Shown: piece by piece, positions 19,401 to 28,822 of the stretch
How the letters are laid out: the number at the start of each line of letters is the position of its first letter
How positions within the stretch are numbered: position 1 is the stretch's first letter
DNA from: Candidatus Latescibacterota bacterium
GTDB lineage: Bacteria; Latescibacterota; UBA2968; UBA8231
DNA: 43,060 nt
Direction: 5' to 3'
NCBI GenBank assembly: GCA_965205655.1
Contig: CBDBIJ010000045.1
Span: 1-43,060, forward strand
Position numbers and translations under genes: made by a program
Notes under the pieces: generated by a model
The model's input: only the letters and a program-made list of their open reading frames with translations
What the model was told of the DNA's origin: nothing
Databases searched by the model: none

Positions 19401-20149
19401 CGTGCGTCGCCCCCCAGTACCTCGACGGCCGTGCGCTGCGCGTTGATGAACCGCGTTACGAAGGGGTCGGCCGGCTCGCTCACGAGCTGGTGAAGGTTAC
19501 CCTCCTGCAGGATCTCACCCTCGCGCATGAGGATGATGGCATCGCCGAAGTAGCCGGCTTCGGCGATGTCGTGAGTGACCATGACCACCGTCTTCTGGAG
19601 GGTGCGGAAAATCTCACGAAGGTCTGCCTGCAGTTCCGAGCGGACGATCGGGTCGAGGGCGCCGAGGGGTTCGTCGAGGAGCAGTACGTCGGGATCCAGC
19701 ATGAGACCGCGCATGAGGCTGACGCGCTGCCGCTGTCCACCGGAGAGTTGGGCAGGATAGCGGCCCAGGCCGTCCAGGGGAAAATGGGTGAGCGCGCACA
19801 GCTCGCCCAGACGGGTATTGATGCGGGCCTCGTCCCAACCGAGGTGACGGGCGAGCAGGGAAACGTTGCCGGCGGCCGTGAGATGGGGGAAGAGGCCGCC
19901 GTCCTGGATGACGTATCCCATGCGGTGGCGCAACTCGACAGCATCTTCAGGGGTGAACTCCGTTCCTTCGAAGCGGACGGCGCCAGTGTCGGGGCGGATG
20001 AGGTAGAGCATGAGCCGCAGCAAGGTGGACTTGCCGCAGCCGCTTGGTCCGATGAGCGCTGTTGTGAGCCCGGCCCGAATGGTCAGGTCGGTTGGACGGA
20101 TGGCAGGGGTGCCATCGAAGGTCTTGGAGACGTTCGTCAGTTCGAGCAC
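19397..20149 (-). CDS. OpuA/OsmV-like ABC ATP-binding protein
   Basis: GPSGCGKS, GYVIQDGGLFPH, YPAQLSGGQRQR, LLLDEPLGALDP, VTHD. Confidence 0.92.
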   Translation of the reverse strand: MLELTNVSKTFDGTPAIRPTDLTIRAGLTTALIGPSGCGKSTLLRLMLYLIRPDTGAVRFEGTEFTPEDAVELRHRMGYVIQDGGLFPHLTAAGNVSLLARHLGWDEARINTRLGELCALTHFPLDGLGRYPAQLSGGQRQRVSLMRGLMLDPDVLLLDEPLGALDPIVRSELQADLREIFRTLQKTVVMVTHDIAEAGYFGDAIILMREGEILQEGNLHQLVSEPADPFVTRFINAQRTAVEVLGGDAR

Positions 20150-20173
20150 GGAGATAGGGCGTGCAGCCGGCTC

Positions 20174-21553
20174 TCAGTCGAGAGGCTCCAAGCTGCCGAG
20201 CACGGTCGGGATGAGCTCCGAGACGGTGGGGTGAATGTGCACGGCCCGCTGGATGACGGTGTAGGGCGCCTTCGCGTACATGATGTCGAGCAGAGAGTGG
20301 ACGACCTCGTCGCCATTCACGCCGAGGATGGCAGCACCGAGAATCTCCTTCGTATCGGCATCGACGTGAATCTTGATGAAACCGTCGGTTTCGCTGCGCT
20401 CGCGGGCGCGCCCCACATCTGCCATCGCCCGCGTGCCGACGAGGGCGTTGCGGCCCGAGGCGCGCACCTGCTGCTGCGTCATTCCCACGCGGCCGAGCGG
20501 TGGATCGATGAACAGCCCGTAGCAAGAAATGCGATCGGAGACCCGTCGCGGATCGCTATCGAAGAGGTTGGCGGCGACGATCTCGAAGTCGTTGTAAGAG
20601 GTGTGAGTGAAAGCCGCCAGTCCGTTGCAATCGCCGATAGCCCAGATGCCTGGCACGGTCGTGCGCAGCTGGTCGTCGACCTTGATGAATCCCCGATCGT
20701 CGGTTTCCACGCCGGCGGCGTCCAGTCCCAGGTCGTCCGTGTTCGGGCGGCGACCAACGGCGACGAGCAGATGAGAGCCGCTCACCTGCTCTGCCCCATC
20801 CGGTGCAGTGAGGTAAGCGATAACGTCGTCACCATTTTTTTCGACGCGGTCGACGCCGGTCTCACAGCGAACGCTGACCCCATCCTTTTCGAGAATGTCG
20901 CGGATGGCAATGGAGATATCCTCATCTTCCCGGGAAATCACGCGCGGCCCACGCTCGATCACGGTCACGTCGCTGCCGAAACGGCGGTACATCTGGGCGA
21001 ATTCGAGCGCGATATAACTGCCCCCGATGATGACGAGGTGCTCGGGCAGGAAATCGACATCCATTATTGACGAATTGGTCAGATAATCGACCTCATCGAG
21101 ACCTGGAATGGGTGGGGCGACAGCGCGGGCGCCGACGTTGATGAAGATTTTCTCCGCCTCGAGGGTGTCGCCATTGACGGAGACTCGATTCGGTCCTTCG
21201 AAGCGGCCGTGTCCCACGAAGACGCTGCCGTTGTCCAGGCCCTTCATCCAACCGGCGACCCCGGAGTTGGACTGCGCCACGATGGCGTCTTTTCTAGCCT
21301 TGACCTGCTTCATGTCGACGCGGATCGGCTGATTGATCACGACTCCAAAATCGGTGCCGCGTCGGGCCATGTGCGCGGCCCGCGCACTGGCGACGAGGGT
21401 TTTGGTGGGGATGCAGCCGACGTTCACGCAGGTGCCCCCGAAGAGGTTGCGCTCGAGCACGGCGACCTTCATACCCTCGTCACTCAGGCGGTCGGCGAGG
21501 GAGGGGCCGGACTGGCCGGTTCCTATCACGATTGCGTCGAATTTCTGGGCCAT
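20174..21553 (-). CDS. Class I pyridine nucleotide-disulfide oxidoreductase (mercuric reductase/RclA-like family)
   Basis: IVIGTGQSG, redox disulfide GGTCVNVGCIPTK, IIGGSYIALEFA, WAIGDC, C-terminal HIHPTVSE. Confidence 0.9.
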   Translation of the reverse strand: MAQKFDAIVIGTGQSGPSLADRLSDEGMKVAVLERNLFGGTCVNVGCIPTKTLVASARAAHMARRGTDFGVVINQPIRVDMKQVKARKDAIVAQSNSGVAGWMKGLDNGSVFVGHGRFEGPNRVSVNGDTLEAEKIFINVGARAVAPPIPGLDEVDYLTNSSIMDVDFLPEHLVIIGGSYIALEFAQMYRRFGSDVTVIERGPRVISREDEDISIAIRDILEKDGVSVRCETGVDRVEKNGDDVIAYLTAPDGAEQVSGSHLLVAVGRRPNTDDLGLDAAGVETDDRGFIKVDDQLRTTVPGIWAIGDCNGLAAFTHTSYNDFEIVAANLFDSDPRRVSDRISCYGLFIDPPLGRVGMTQQQVRASGRNALVGTRAMADVGRARERSETDGFIKIHVDADTKEILGAAILGVNGDEVVHSLLDIMYAKAPYTVIQRAVHIHPTVSELIPTVLGSLEPLD

Positions 21554-21650
21554 GTTGGACGCAAGTATATCACAGGCCGGAGGCAGTGGCAAGACTCGGC
21601 AGTTCGACAAAGCACAGTAAAATAGTGACTTAGACGCGGAACAGCAGTCG

Positions 21651-22424
21651 TCAGAGTGGCTCGCGGCGACGAAGCATGCGCAAGATCCACCAGGCGGCGG
21701 CGGCGGCGATCAGGTGTTTGAGAGAGTGGCCGCTGATGATGTAGCCGACACCATACATGAGCACGTCGCCGACTTCTGCCAGCTTGGCAGCGATGTAGAG
21801 GGCGGCCACGACGTAGAGATCCCGGCTCCGGGAGTATGGTGAGGGTAGCAGCCCTGCCATGAGCGGTACGAGCAGGACGGGCAAGAGCTGGGCGAGGACA
21901 TAGTAGCGCAGGTCACCGGCGCCAACCTGCTCGGTGAGGCGCCAGTAACAGACACTGAAGATCCCGTAGCCGATCAGGGGGATCAATAGGATGAGGCCAC
22001 CACGCCGGTCGATCCGTTCGGTGATTGCCGTGGCGAGAAGAGACATGAAAGCGATGCTCATGGGTAGACGGTCCCAGAACAGTCGCTCGGTGTCCGGCTT
22101 GAGATGGTAGTATGAGGAGCCGAATCCAGTGAGGAAAACAGCGGCGAAAAGCGCGGCGTACGGAACAACTTCCAAAGCCGAGAGGAAGAAGCCCTCCTCA
22201 GGGATACGGCCGCGGATCAGAAGCCACCACAAGCCGAAGGCTCCGACCACAATGAAGGGCAGATTCGAAACGACGTTCAGACAATGAGGGATACCGAGCG
22301 TTGTGCGCTGATCGGCGAGGTCGTGGTAGGCGGAGTCCTGGGGAATGGGGGGTTGCAGGAAAATGGCCGCGCAGGCGACGACTGTCACAGAGGCGAGGAG
22401 CTTGAGACGATGGTCGCGGGACAT
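21651..22424 (-). CDS. Ceramidase-like (CREST superfamily) 7-TM protein
   Basis: YHDLADQR, NVVSNLPF, GSSYYH, WDRLPM, GDLRYY, SGHSLKH. Confidence 0.8.
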   Translation of the reverse strand: MSRDHRLKLLASVTVVACAAIFLQPPIPQDSAYHDLADQRTTLGIPHCLNVVSNLPFIVVGAFGLWWLLIRGRIPEEGFFLSALEVVPYAALFAAVFLTGFGSSYYHLKPDTERLFWDRLPMSIAFMSLLATAITERIDRRGGLILLIPLIGYGIFSVCYWRLTEQVGAGDLRYYVLAQLLPVLLVPLMAGLLPSPYSRSRDLYVVAALYIAAKLAEVGDVLMYGVGYIISGHSLKHLIAAAAAWWILRMLRRREPL

Positions 22425-22472
22425 CGGCTCTTCTCTATATGGGCTGGCTGGCCGGGGCGGCGGAGCCCAGGA

Positions 22473-22922
22473 TCAGGAGGAGCTTGTCGGGGCGGCGGGG
22501 GCTGAAGGCTGTGAGGTTGAAGGGGCCTGGTCAGCGTTCACGGCGGGAACATCGCAAGAGCCGGTATCGCACTCGACGCGGCCAAAGCGGTGTCGATTCC
22601 GCGCGATGAGGTCGTAGCCAATTTTGAAGAGCTGACGTAGAATCGGGATGCGGTAAGTCCATGTGACCAGGTGGTAGGGCGGCAGCGACCCGTATATCTC
22701 GAACACGGCATCAGCGCCGACACAGACTCTCCCGTCGTCCTTGATCAGCCTCAGACCGGTATTGAAATCGGACTGTGACAGGATGGGAAAGCGCTCGTCC
22801 ACGCCATCCGCCTGACGCGGCAGGTACTCGAACTGATCCTCGCGGTCCAGCGATCGAATGCGCCGCACGCTCCACTGACAGAAGCGGCATTCGCCGTCGT
22901 ATATGATGGTGGATTGGGGCAT
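22473..22922 (-). CDS. DCC1-like / DUF393 thiol-disulfide oxidoreductase
   Basis: MPQSTIIYDGECRFC (DxxCxxC)...GADA...YDLIARNRHRF. Confidence 0.85.
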   Translation of the reverse strand: MPQSTIIYDGECRFCQWSVRRIRSLDREDQFEYLPRQADGVDERFPILSQSDFNTGLRLIKDDGRVCVGADAVFEIYGSLPPYHLVTWTYRIPILRQLFKIGYDLIARNRHRFGRVECDTGSCDVPAVNADQAPSTSQPSAPAAPTSSS

Positions 22923-22954
22923 CGACAGTGAAGATAACCATGATGAGCCAAATG

Positions 22955-22970
22955 TGTAAGGGTGTTCACA
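22955..22970. promoter_or_regulatory. CRP-like box TGTAA-N6-TCACA
   Basis: 9/10 match to TGTGA-N6-TCACA in the divergent spacer between the DCC gene and the export island. Confidence 0.35.
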
Positions 22971-23329
22971 CTCATGTGGCCATATAGGGCCATACGCAGA
23001 TTCCGAAAACTCGACGGGAGGGGAGGTGTAACGGCTGTAACTCTTCATTGATCAGAGCACTTACAAGTACAGAGACAGGAAAGAATGAAAGGCACGGCGA
23101 TTGCGATGGAGAGCACACATCTATAGGCAGTGGTGAAAACAGATTGTCAGCACACAATCAGGACTCAGATCCAATAGGGGCTCTCAGCAGGCTTGGCCGT
23201 CAAGTCGTCGGCAAAATCCTATTCTGGTTTCTGCTGAGCTTCGGCTTGGCTTTAGGCATAGTTATCCTTCTTGGATGGAAGTTACGAACAGAGGTCAGCA
23301 TCTCAGGTCCCGGCATCGCCGAACATGCG

Positions 23330-24756
23330 GGTCAAGGCCCAGTTTCAGTTGAAACAAATCACAGGCTCGGGTGAGTGTGTCAGCCCATCATCGCGAGCTG
23401 TTTGATGCCGAGTTCGGCTTGTATGGCTTGCCGGAGCATCGGCAGATGGCGATAGCCCTTGACCCTGCGCAGACGTGGTTCGATGTCGAGCAGTGCCGTG
23501 GCTACCCAACGGTGACGCTGTGATGAGTTGGTCCAGCGTCGCACGTTGTGTGTGAGCTGCTCCAGGAGACTGTTGACGTTCTCGATGCAGTTGGTGGTGC
23601 GGAAGGAATCCTTGAGCATCGGCGTCAGTCCCAACCGATGGAGTGTGAGGGTCTCTTCCATGCCTTCCTCGAGGCTGTGTAGGGCGGACTGATTCATCAA
23701 CTTCAAGCCCGGTTTGAGCGCGTCCAGTGCCGCCTTGGCCGCCTCGTATCTCGGTTTGCCGTAGGCCGCCTCCATCTTGCGACCCATACCGGACTGCTCG
23801 CTCTTGGACAGATACGACACGACGTTCTGGCGCTTGTGATACTGGCAGCGCTGCACGCAGGCATGTCCTTTGAGCACCGACATCACCGCCTTGTAAAGCC
23901 CCTTGGCGCCGTCGATGACGACCAACAGTCCGGCTTCGTACTGCATACCGCGTTCGACCAGATCGGACAGGAAGCGACGGCAGACGCGCTCGTTTTCCGT
24001 GGCCGCCTGCACGAAGCCAAGAGGAATCTTCTGTCCGTCGAGGGTGACGCCCAGGGCGATGATGATCTCCTCGTCCGCGAAGCTCTTGCCGTCGAGGAAT
24101 AGCGCCACCAGATCATATCCTTCCAGGGATCGCTCCTGGAATTCAGCCAGCTTTCGAGCCGTGCCTTTCACGTAACGACGGGACACCGATGAGGATGACA
24201 GACCAAAGGCCTCGGGTACGGCCTCAGCGCAGGCCTCGTAGTTGCGCGTGGCGATGCCCTTCAGCATCCGCAACAGCAGACCTTCGTCCATCTGTCGAGG
24301 CGTCTGCAGTGCCTGGTAAACATCCAGCGGGACCTCGGTATGGTTGGCCACGTTGCGCACCCGCGGCACATCGACGGGTAGTTTCTGGTCGGCCAGGTAC
24401 ACCGACCCGAGCTGAGACCCCCAGCGGCGTAACGGCTGATCCGACCCCTTGCGCTGATACCGCGGCCCAGCCAACTCAACGACCGCTCTTTGCAGCTCCT
24501 CCGCGACCGCCTGCAGCCCCAAGGGAATCAGCCATTGGATCGCCTCGATCCGGCCATCCAGGTCCTCTACTTGCTCTGCAGTCTCGGGTGCTACCTTGCC
24601 GATGCTCACCGTTCGTTTGACGCCCTTCTTCCGTGCTACTAGCTTGCTCATTGCAGGCTCCTTTTGTTACCGATGCGAGACTTCTTCCAACGGGCTTCTC
24701 GTATCAAAACGTAACGATTGGAGCCTGTGCTGTTTCAACTAAGATCGGGACAAAGC
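23330..24756 (-). mobile_element. IS256-family insertion sequence
   Basis: 9-bp direct repeat GAACATGCG at 23321-23329 and 24757-24765. Imperfect terminal inverted repeats share AGTTGAAACA and CACAGGCTC. Confidence 0.9.
23380..24651 (-). CDS. IS256-family (Mutator-type) DDE transposase
   Basis: VDVPRVR, GIATRNY, LFLDGK, VVIDGAKGL, VQRCQYHKRQN, RTTNCIENVN. Confidence 0.92.
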   Translation of the reverse strand: MSKLVARKKGVKRTVSIGKVAPETAEQVEDLDGRIEAIQWLIPLGLQAVAEELQRAVVELAGPRYQRKGSDQPLRRWGSQLGSVYLADQKLPVDVPRVRNVANHTEVPLDVYQALQTPRQMDEGLLLRMLKGIATRNYEACAEAVPEAFGLSSSSVSRRYVKGTARKLAEFQERSLEGYDLVALFLDGKSFADEEIIIALGVTLDGQKIPLGFVQAATENERVCRRFLSDLVERGMQYEAGLLVVIDGAKGLYKAVMSVLKGHACVQRCQYHKRQNVVSYLSKSEQSGMGRKMEAAYGKPRYEAAKAALDALKPGLKLMNQSALHSLEEGMEETLTLHRLGLTPMLKDSFRTTNCIENVNSLLEQLTHNVRRWTNSSQRHRWVATALLDIEPRLRRVKGYRHLPMLRQAIQAELGIKQLAMMG

Positions 24757-26152
24757 GAACATGCGCGGAAGCACCGTGTTAAGGGTGTTAAGGCTCAACT
24801 TGCAGGTATCGTAAGGGCTATCCCGGTCAGGCAGGGAGAATACGTATCCAAGGGTCAACCATTGCTGATGATGGAAGACGACCAATTGCGGGCAGATCTG
24901 CAGCGGATTGACAAGGAGATTCAGATAAGCGATAGCCGATTGAGAGATCTTGCGCGCCAAATTAAAGTCGACACAAGAAACAAGGAAGCCAAGATAGCAC
25001 TAGCAGTATCAGAGCTGAATCGAGCGAAATTGGAACTGGCGAGGGTTTGCGCCGAACAGCAACTCTATTCCGATACATTCCTTTTCGTGAGCCGGAAGCC
25101 GCTCTCCGAGCTAATCCCAGTCAAGCGCGCGCAATCATTGCTCGATCAGCGAACCGCGAGTGTAGAGTTGGTGAGGCAGCAATTGGCTGCCACCGCGTCT
25201 CGTCTGGGCGAGCTGCGGACAGTTCAAAAGGTTCACCAGAAACTGCAATCGGAAAAGCAACACTATCAAGCGCAACTGAACAAGGCTGTCACATCATCGC
25301 CAGTCGATGGAACAGTACTGACGAACGAGCCACAGAAAAGGGTGGGTGACTGGGTAGACGCTGGAGAAGACGTTGTCGAACTCGCAATATCGGAGGAATG
25401 GCATGTGATAGTGGCTCTGACCGAGCAGCAAATGCCAAAGGTGAGAGTGGGACAACGGGCGCGAGTTTACTTCACGGCATTCCCGCACTCCGAATACAAG
25501 ACGTTTGCCGGCTCTGTCACGGAGGTTTCCGCACAACCTGCAATAGCGACGTCGTATCCCGTGAAGATCATCATTGACGATCCCGTCCTAACGCGTGGGC
25601 AACGGAGGTACGAGCTTCTCGAGGGTATGACAGCAGAGGTACGGATCATAGTCTTGTCCGGGCGAATTATAGAGATAGTCTGGGACAAGTTCATGAGGGA
25701 GTTCGCACATCCGGCTGTGGAAAGAGTTCATGAGGCAGCTGCCTTCGTTTGAGACCAGATCTCCGCACGATGGCGTTACTGCGAGGAATACGTGAAGCTG
25801 CTAGGGGAAACTCATCCTTCTGCTGCGGCCCTACTGGCGGCTGACGACGTATTCCACGGCAATGGCGCTTGTCATCACAGTCCTCAGTCTTCCAGGTCCA
25901 CTCGTCAGCAAGGTCATCATTGATAACGTGTATCCCCAACGAGACGTGTCCCTGCTCTCATTCATCCTGATCGTGGGCGCAACTCTATCAATTTTATTGG
26001 GGATTGCAGAGGCCCTAAACGGATACTTCCAGAAGTGTGTCGACATCAACATGAACTTTGACTTGCAGTCGCGGCTTTACAAGCACTCCAGCGCCCCAGG
26101 GTTTTCTTGGACACATTAGAGGGTCCACATGGACCTGAAAGGAGTGTTTGAG

Positions 26153-26482
26153 ATGACTAAGCAGAAGAAGGGTGTTCGGGTCGGCCGATTCTCCGCTCGT
26201 CGAAAGCAGGAGGCGGTGTTGCGCCTGCTGCGTGGGGAGGACCTGGAGGTCCTGTCCCGGGAGTTGGGTGTGATGGCAGCCACGCTGAGTGAGTGGCGCG
26301 AGCAGTTCCTGGGTGGGGGTGAGTCAGCTCTGCACAGCCGTACCCGTGATGAGCGGGATGAACAGATCGCCCGCCTGAAAGCGAAGGTGGGGGATCTGAC
26401 GATGGACAACGAGTTGCTGGAGTCCAAGATCCATCGCCTGGAGGATGGACTCCCTTTGGCATCCCGGAGGTCGAAGCGATGA
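26153..26482 (+). CDS. IS3-family OrfA (HTH + coiled coil)
   Basis: RFSARRKQEAVLRLLRGEDLEVLSRELGV...LSEWR...IARLKAKVGDLTMDNELL; AGGAG RBS upstream. Confidence 0.88.
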   Translation: MTKQKKGVRVGRFSARRKQEAVLRLLRGEDLEVLSRELGVMAATLSEWREQFLGGGESALHSRTRDERDEQIARLKAKVGDLTMDNELLESKIHRLEDGLPLASRRSKR

Positions 26483-27387
26483 GCCAGACCCAGTCGCCCT
26501 CCAGGAAGCGGCCGTACAGGCTGCAGCGTGTGTGTCGGGTCTGGCAGTTTCCTCGCTCCACCGTCCACGAGCATCGGCGTCGGGCGGCTCTGCGTCCGGA
26601 GGAGCGTCTTGAGCGGAAGAAACGAGGTCCCCAAGGGCCGTGTACCGACGATGAGCTAGCTGAGAAGATTCGCGAGTTGCTGAAGGCGTCCCCCTTTCAC
26701 GGGGAAGGCTACCGCAAGATGTGGGCCCAGCTGCGGGCGCAGGACATCCGCACCTCGAAGGAACGCGTACGCCGTGTGATGCGCGAGCACGGCCTGCAGG
26801 TGCCGCAACGCGCCGGCCAGCCAAGGGGCCCGCAAGCACACGACGGGACGATCACCACCGAGCGACCAGACCAGATGTGGGGAACCGACTTGACCACCAC
26901 CGTGACCACCGGCGAAGGCACAGCTACGGTCTTCGTGGCTGTCGACCACTGCAGCTCGGAGTGCATCGGCATTCATGCAGCGGCCACAGGCGACCGTTTC
27001 GAGGCCCTGGAGCCGATCCACCAGGGAGTCCGCGAACACTTCGGCGGCGGCGACAAGGGTATCGCCGGGGGGCTGCAGCTGCGCCACGATCATGGCTCTG
27101 CGTACATGTCCGACCACTTCCAGAAACAGATCGACTTCCTGGGCATCGAGTCGTCGCCCAGCTTCGTGCGTGCCCCGGAGGGCAATGGCTGCTCCGAGCG
27201 ATTCATCCGCACCCTCAAGGAGAATCTCCTGTGGGTCCGATACTTTGCCACGGTCGAAGAGCTCCGTCTTGCCCTGCTCGAATTCAAGAGAGTCTACAAC
27301 GAGAAGTGGCTCCTCGAGCGACACAACTATCAGACGCCAAACCAGGTGCGCCGGAGCTTCCAGCAGGAGTTGTCCAAGGCGGCCTGA
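26479..27387 (+). CDS. IS3-family OrfB, integrase-core DDE transposase
   Basis: GYRKMWAQLR, WGTDLT, LRHDHGSAY, PEGNGCSERFIRTLKE. ATGA overlap with orfA. Confidence 0.92.
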   Translation: MSQTQSPSRKRPYRLQRVCRVWQFPRSTVHEHRRRAALRPEERLERKKRGPQGPCTDDELAEKIRELLKASPFHGEGYRKMWAQLRAQDIRTSKERVRRVMREHGLQVPQRAGQPRGPQAHDGTITTERPDQMWGTDLTTTVTTGEGTATVFVAVDHCSSECIGIHAAATGDRFEALEPIHQGVREHFGGGDKGIAGGLQLRHDHGSAYMSDHFQKQIDFLGIESSPSFVRAPEGNGCSERFIRTLKENLLWVRYFATVEELRLALLEFKRVYNEKWLLERHNYQTPNQVRRSFQQELSKAA

Positions 27388-28822
27388 CCATCCGCCAAAT
27401 CAGTGTCCAGAAACCCAGGACTTCAGTTTTTTCGACAAAAGAGAGGTAGGCGAGGTCCTGTCTCGCTTTCGAGACATGGAAAACGCTGTCGATGGAGCAA
27501 TAGGGGTAGTAAACACGCTGGTGTTCAACTTGTTTCAATTGGCGATTTTCCCCGCCGTTCTGCTCTACATAAACTGGAAGTTGGCCCTAATCAGTCTGGC
27601 AGTGTTACCAATGGACATATTGCTAGCAACGGTCACCAGGAAGTACACCGGCAATCTTTCGCGTGTAGTTGCTGAACGCGCGGCCGAGCTGTCCGCCAAG
27701 TCCTTCGAATCCGTATCGAGCATTCGAACCATCCAGGCCCTTGGTCTTGAGGGCACCTTCTACAACAGGCTTCGAGAGCTGTTCGCTGGTGTTTCCAGAG
27801 TTGAACTCAAGGCGGGGCTTTTCGCGAATGGAACTGGGGTGGCGACAACGACCATGGCGACTTGCGGATCGCTTGCCTATGGCTGGTATGGTTGGAATCA
27901 GGTGCTCCAGGGAAACCTTTCGCTTGGATCCTTCATTGCCTTTTCCGGCTACGTCGGCTATCTGTCGGGCCCGCTGCGGAGCCTGATTGATCTGATTCCG
28001 AGGCTTGAGACTATTCGAGTGCACGCCAAGCGCTTTTTCGAGCTCTATCACCGGCAGCCAGATATACGCGATCGGGATGGAGCAGCGCCGCTTGAGATGG
28101 TGCGCGGTGATATCCGATTCGAGGAGGTATGCTTCGCCTACGATCCGACGAACAAGGTGCTTCGGGGGGTAAACCTCGAGGTTCCACGAAGCACGACAAC
28201 CGCTCTTGTCGGCAAGAGCGGATCTGGGAAGTCAACGCTCGTGAAGCTGATTCCGCGCTTTTACGAGCCGGAGGCGGGGAAAATCTGCATTGAAGGACGA
28301 GATGTCAGAGAATACACGGTCAGATCGCTGCGTTCCAAGATTGGTTTTGCACTACAGGGGAGCACGGTATTTCACGGATCAATCATCGAAAACCTCACTT
28401 TTGGTCAAGAGATACCACTTTCCGACGTTGAAACGTCTTTACAACAGGCACATATCTACGATTTCGTGTCGTCGTTAGCTGATGGCTTCGATAGCATTGT
28501 TGGCGAGCAAGGGGTCAACATGTCAGAAGGGCAAAAACAACGACTTGCACTTGCTCGAGTGCTCCTGCTCGATAAGCCAATCCTCATCCTCGATGAGCCG
28601 ACAGCTGCGCTCGATCACGAGTCGGAGTTTCATATACAGGAGGCGTTGAAAATCGTCACGGAAGGGAGGACGACAATCATCATCGTTCATCGTTTATCGA
28701 CGATTCAGCATGCAGACACGATTGCAGTGCTGGACAATGGTGTGATAGCGGAGCACGGTTCGCATGATGACCTGCTGCAACAGGGTGGTGTTTACTCCCA
28801 TCTGTGCGCATTGACATAGGAA

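Larger units (their letters stand above)
23144..25752 (+). pseudogene. HlyD/membrane fusion protein of a type I export system, interrupted by IS256
   Basis: N-part with TM KILFWFLLSFGLALGIVILLGW...SISGPGIAEHA; C-part RKHRVK...AQLAGIVRAIPVRQGEYVSKGQPL, coiled coil, SPVDGTV, LLEGMTAEVRI. Excising the IS rejoins the frame. Start uncertain. Confidence 0.85.
26095..27419 (+). mobile_element. IS3-family insertion sequence (boundaries approximate)
   Basis: Inverted ends CCAGGGTTTTCTTGGACAC and GTGTCCAGAAACCCAGG flank orfA/orfB. Confidence 0.85.
25792..28819 (+). pseudogene. Peptide/protein-export ABC transporter (TMD + NBD, no C39 peptidase domain), interrupted by an IS3-family element
   Basis: N-part LLRPYWR...LPGPLVSKVIIDNVYP...RLYKH; C-part DFSFFDKREVGEVLSRF...GKSGSGKS...MSEGQKQRLALAR...ILDEPTAALD...HRLSTI. 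Start uncertain; probable indel in the G-run near 25805. Confidence 0.85.

Noticed and set aside
19298..21070. 590-aa plus-strand ORF, and similar long ORFs at 3957-5489, 6188-7636, 8201-9454, 31398-32372, 33547-34662 and 38474-39580
   Set aside because: Antisense shadows of well-supported minus-strand genes in GC-rich DNA; no recognisable motifs.
20174..21553. Mercuric reductase merA
   Set aside because: Lacks the C-terminal Cys-Cys pair and the NmerA domain; no merR/T/P nearby.
23036..23065. TGTAA-CTCT...AGAG-CAC-TTACA imperfect palindrome as a recombinase or dif-like site at the island edge
   Set aside because: Weak match, no partner site found at the other island edge, and no integrase in the window.
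26975..27419. N-terminal 148 aa of the 614-aa ORF as a novel ABC transporter domain
   Set aside because: It is an alternative frame of the IS3 orfB that happens to be open into the ABC C-terminal fragment.
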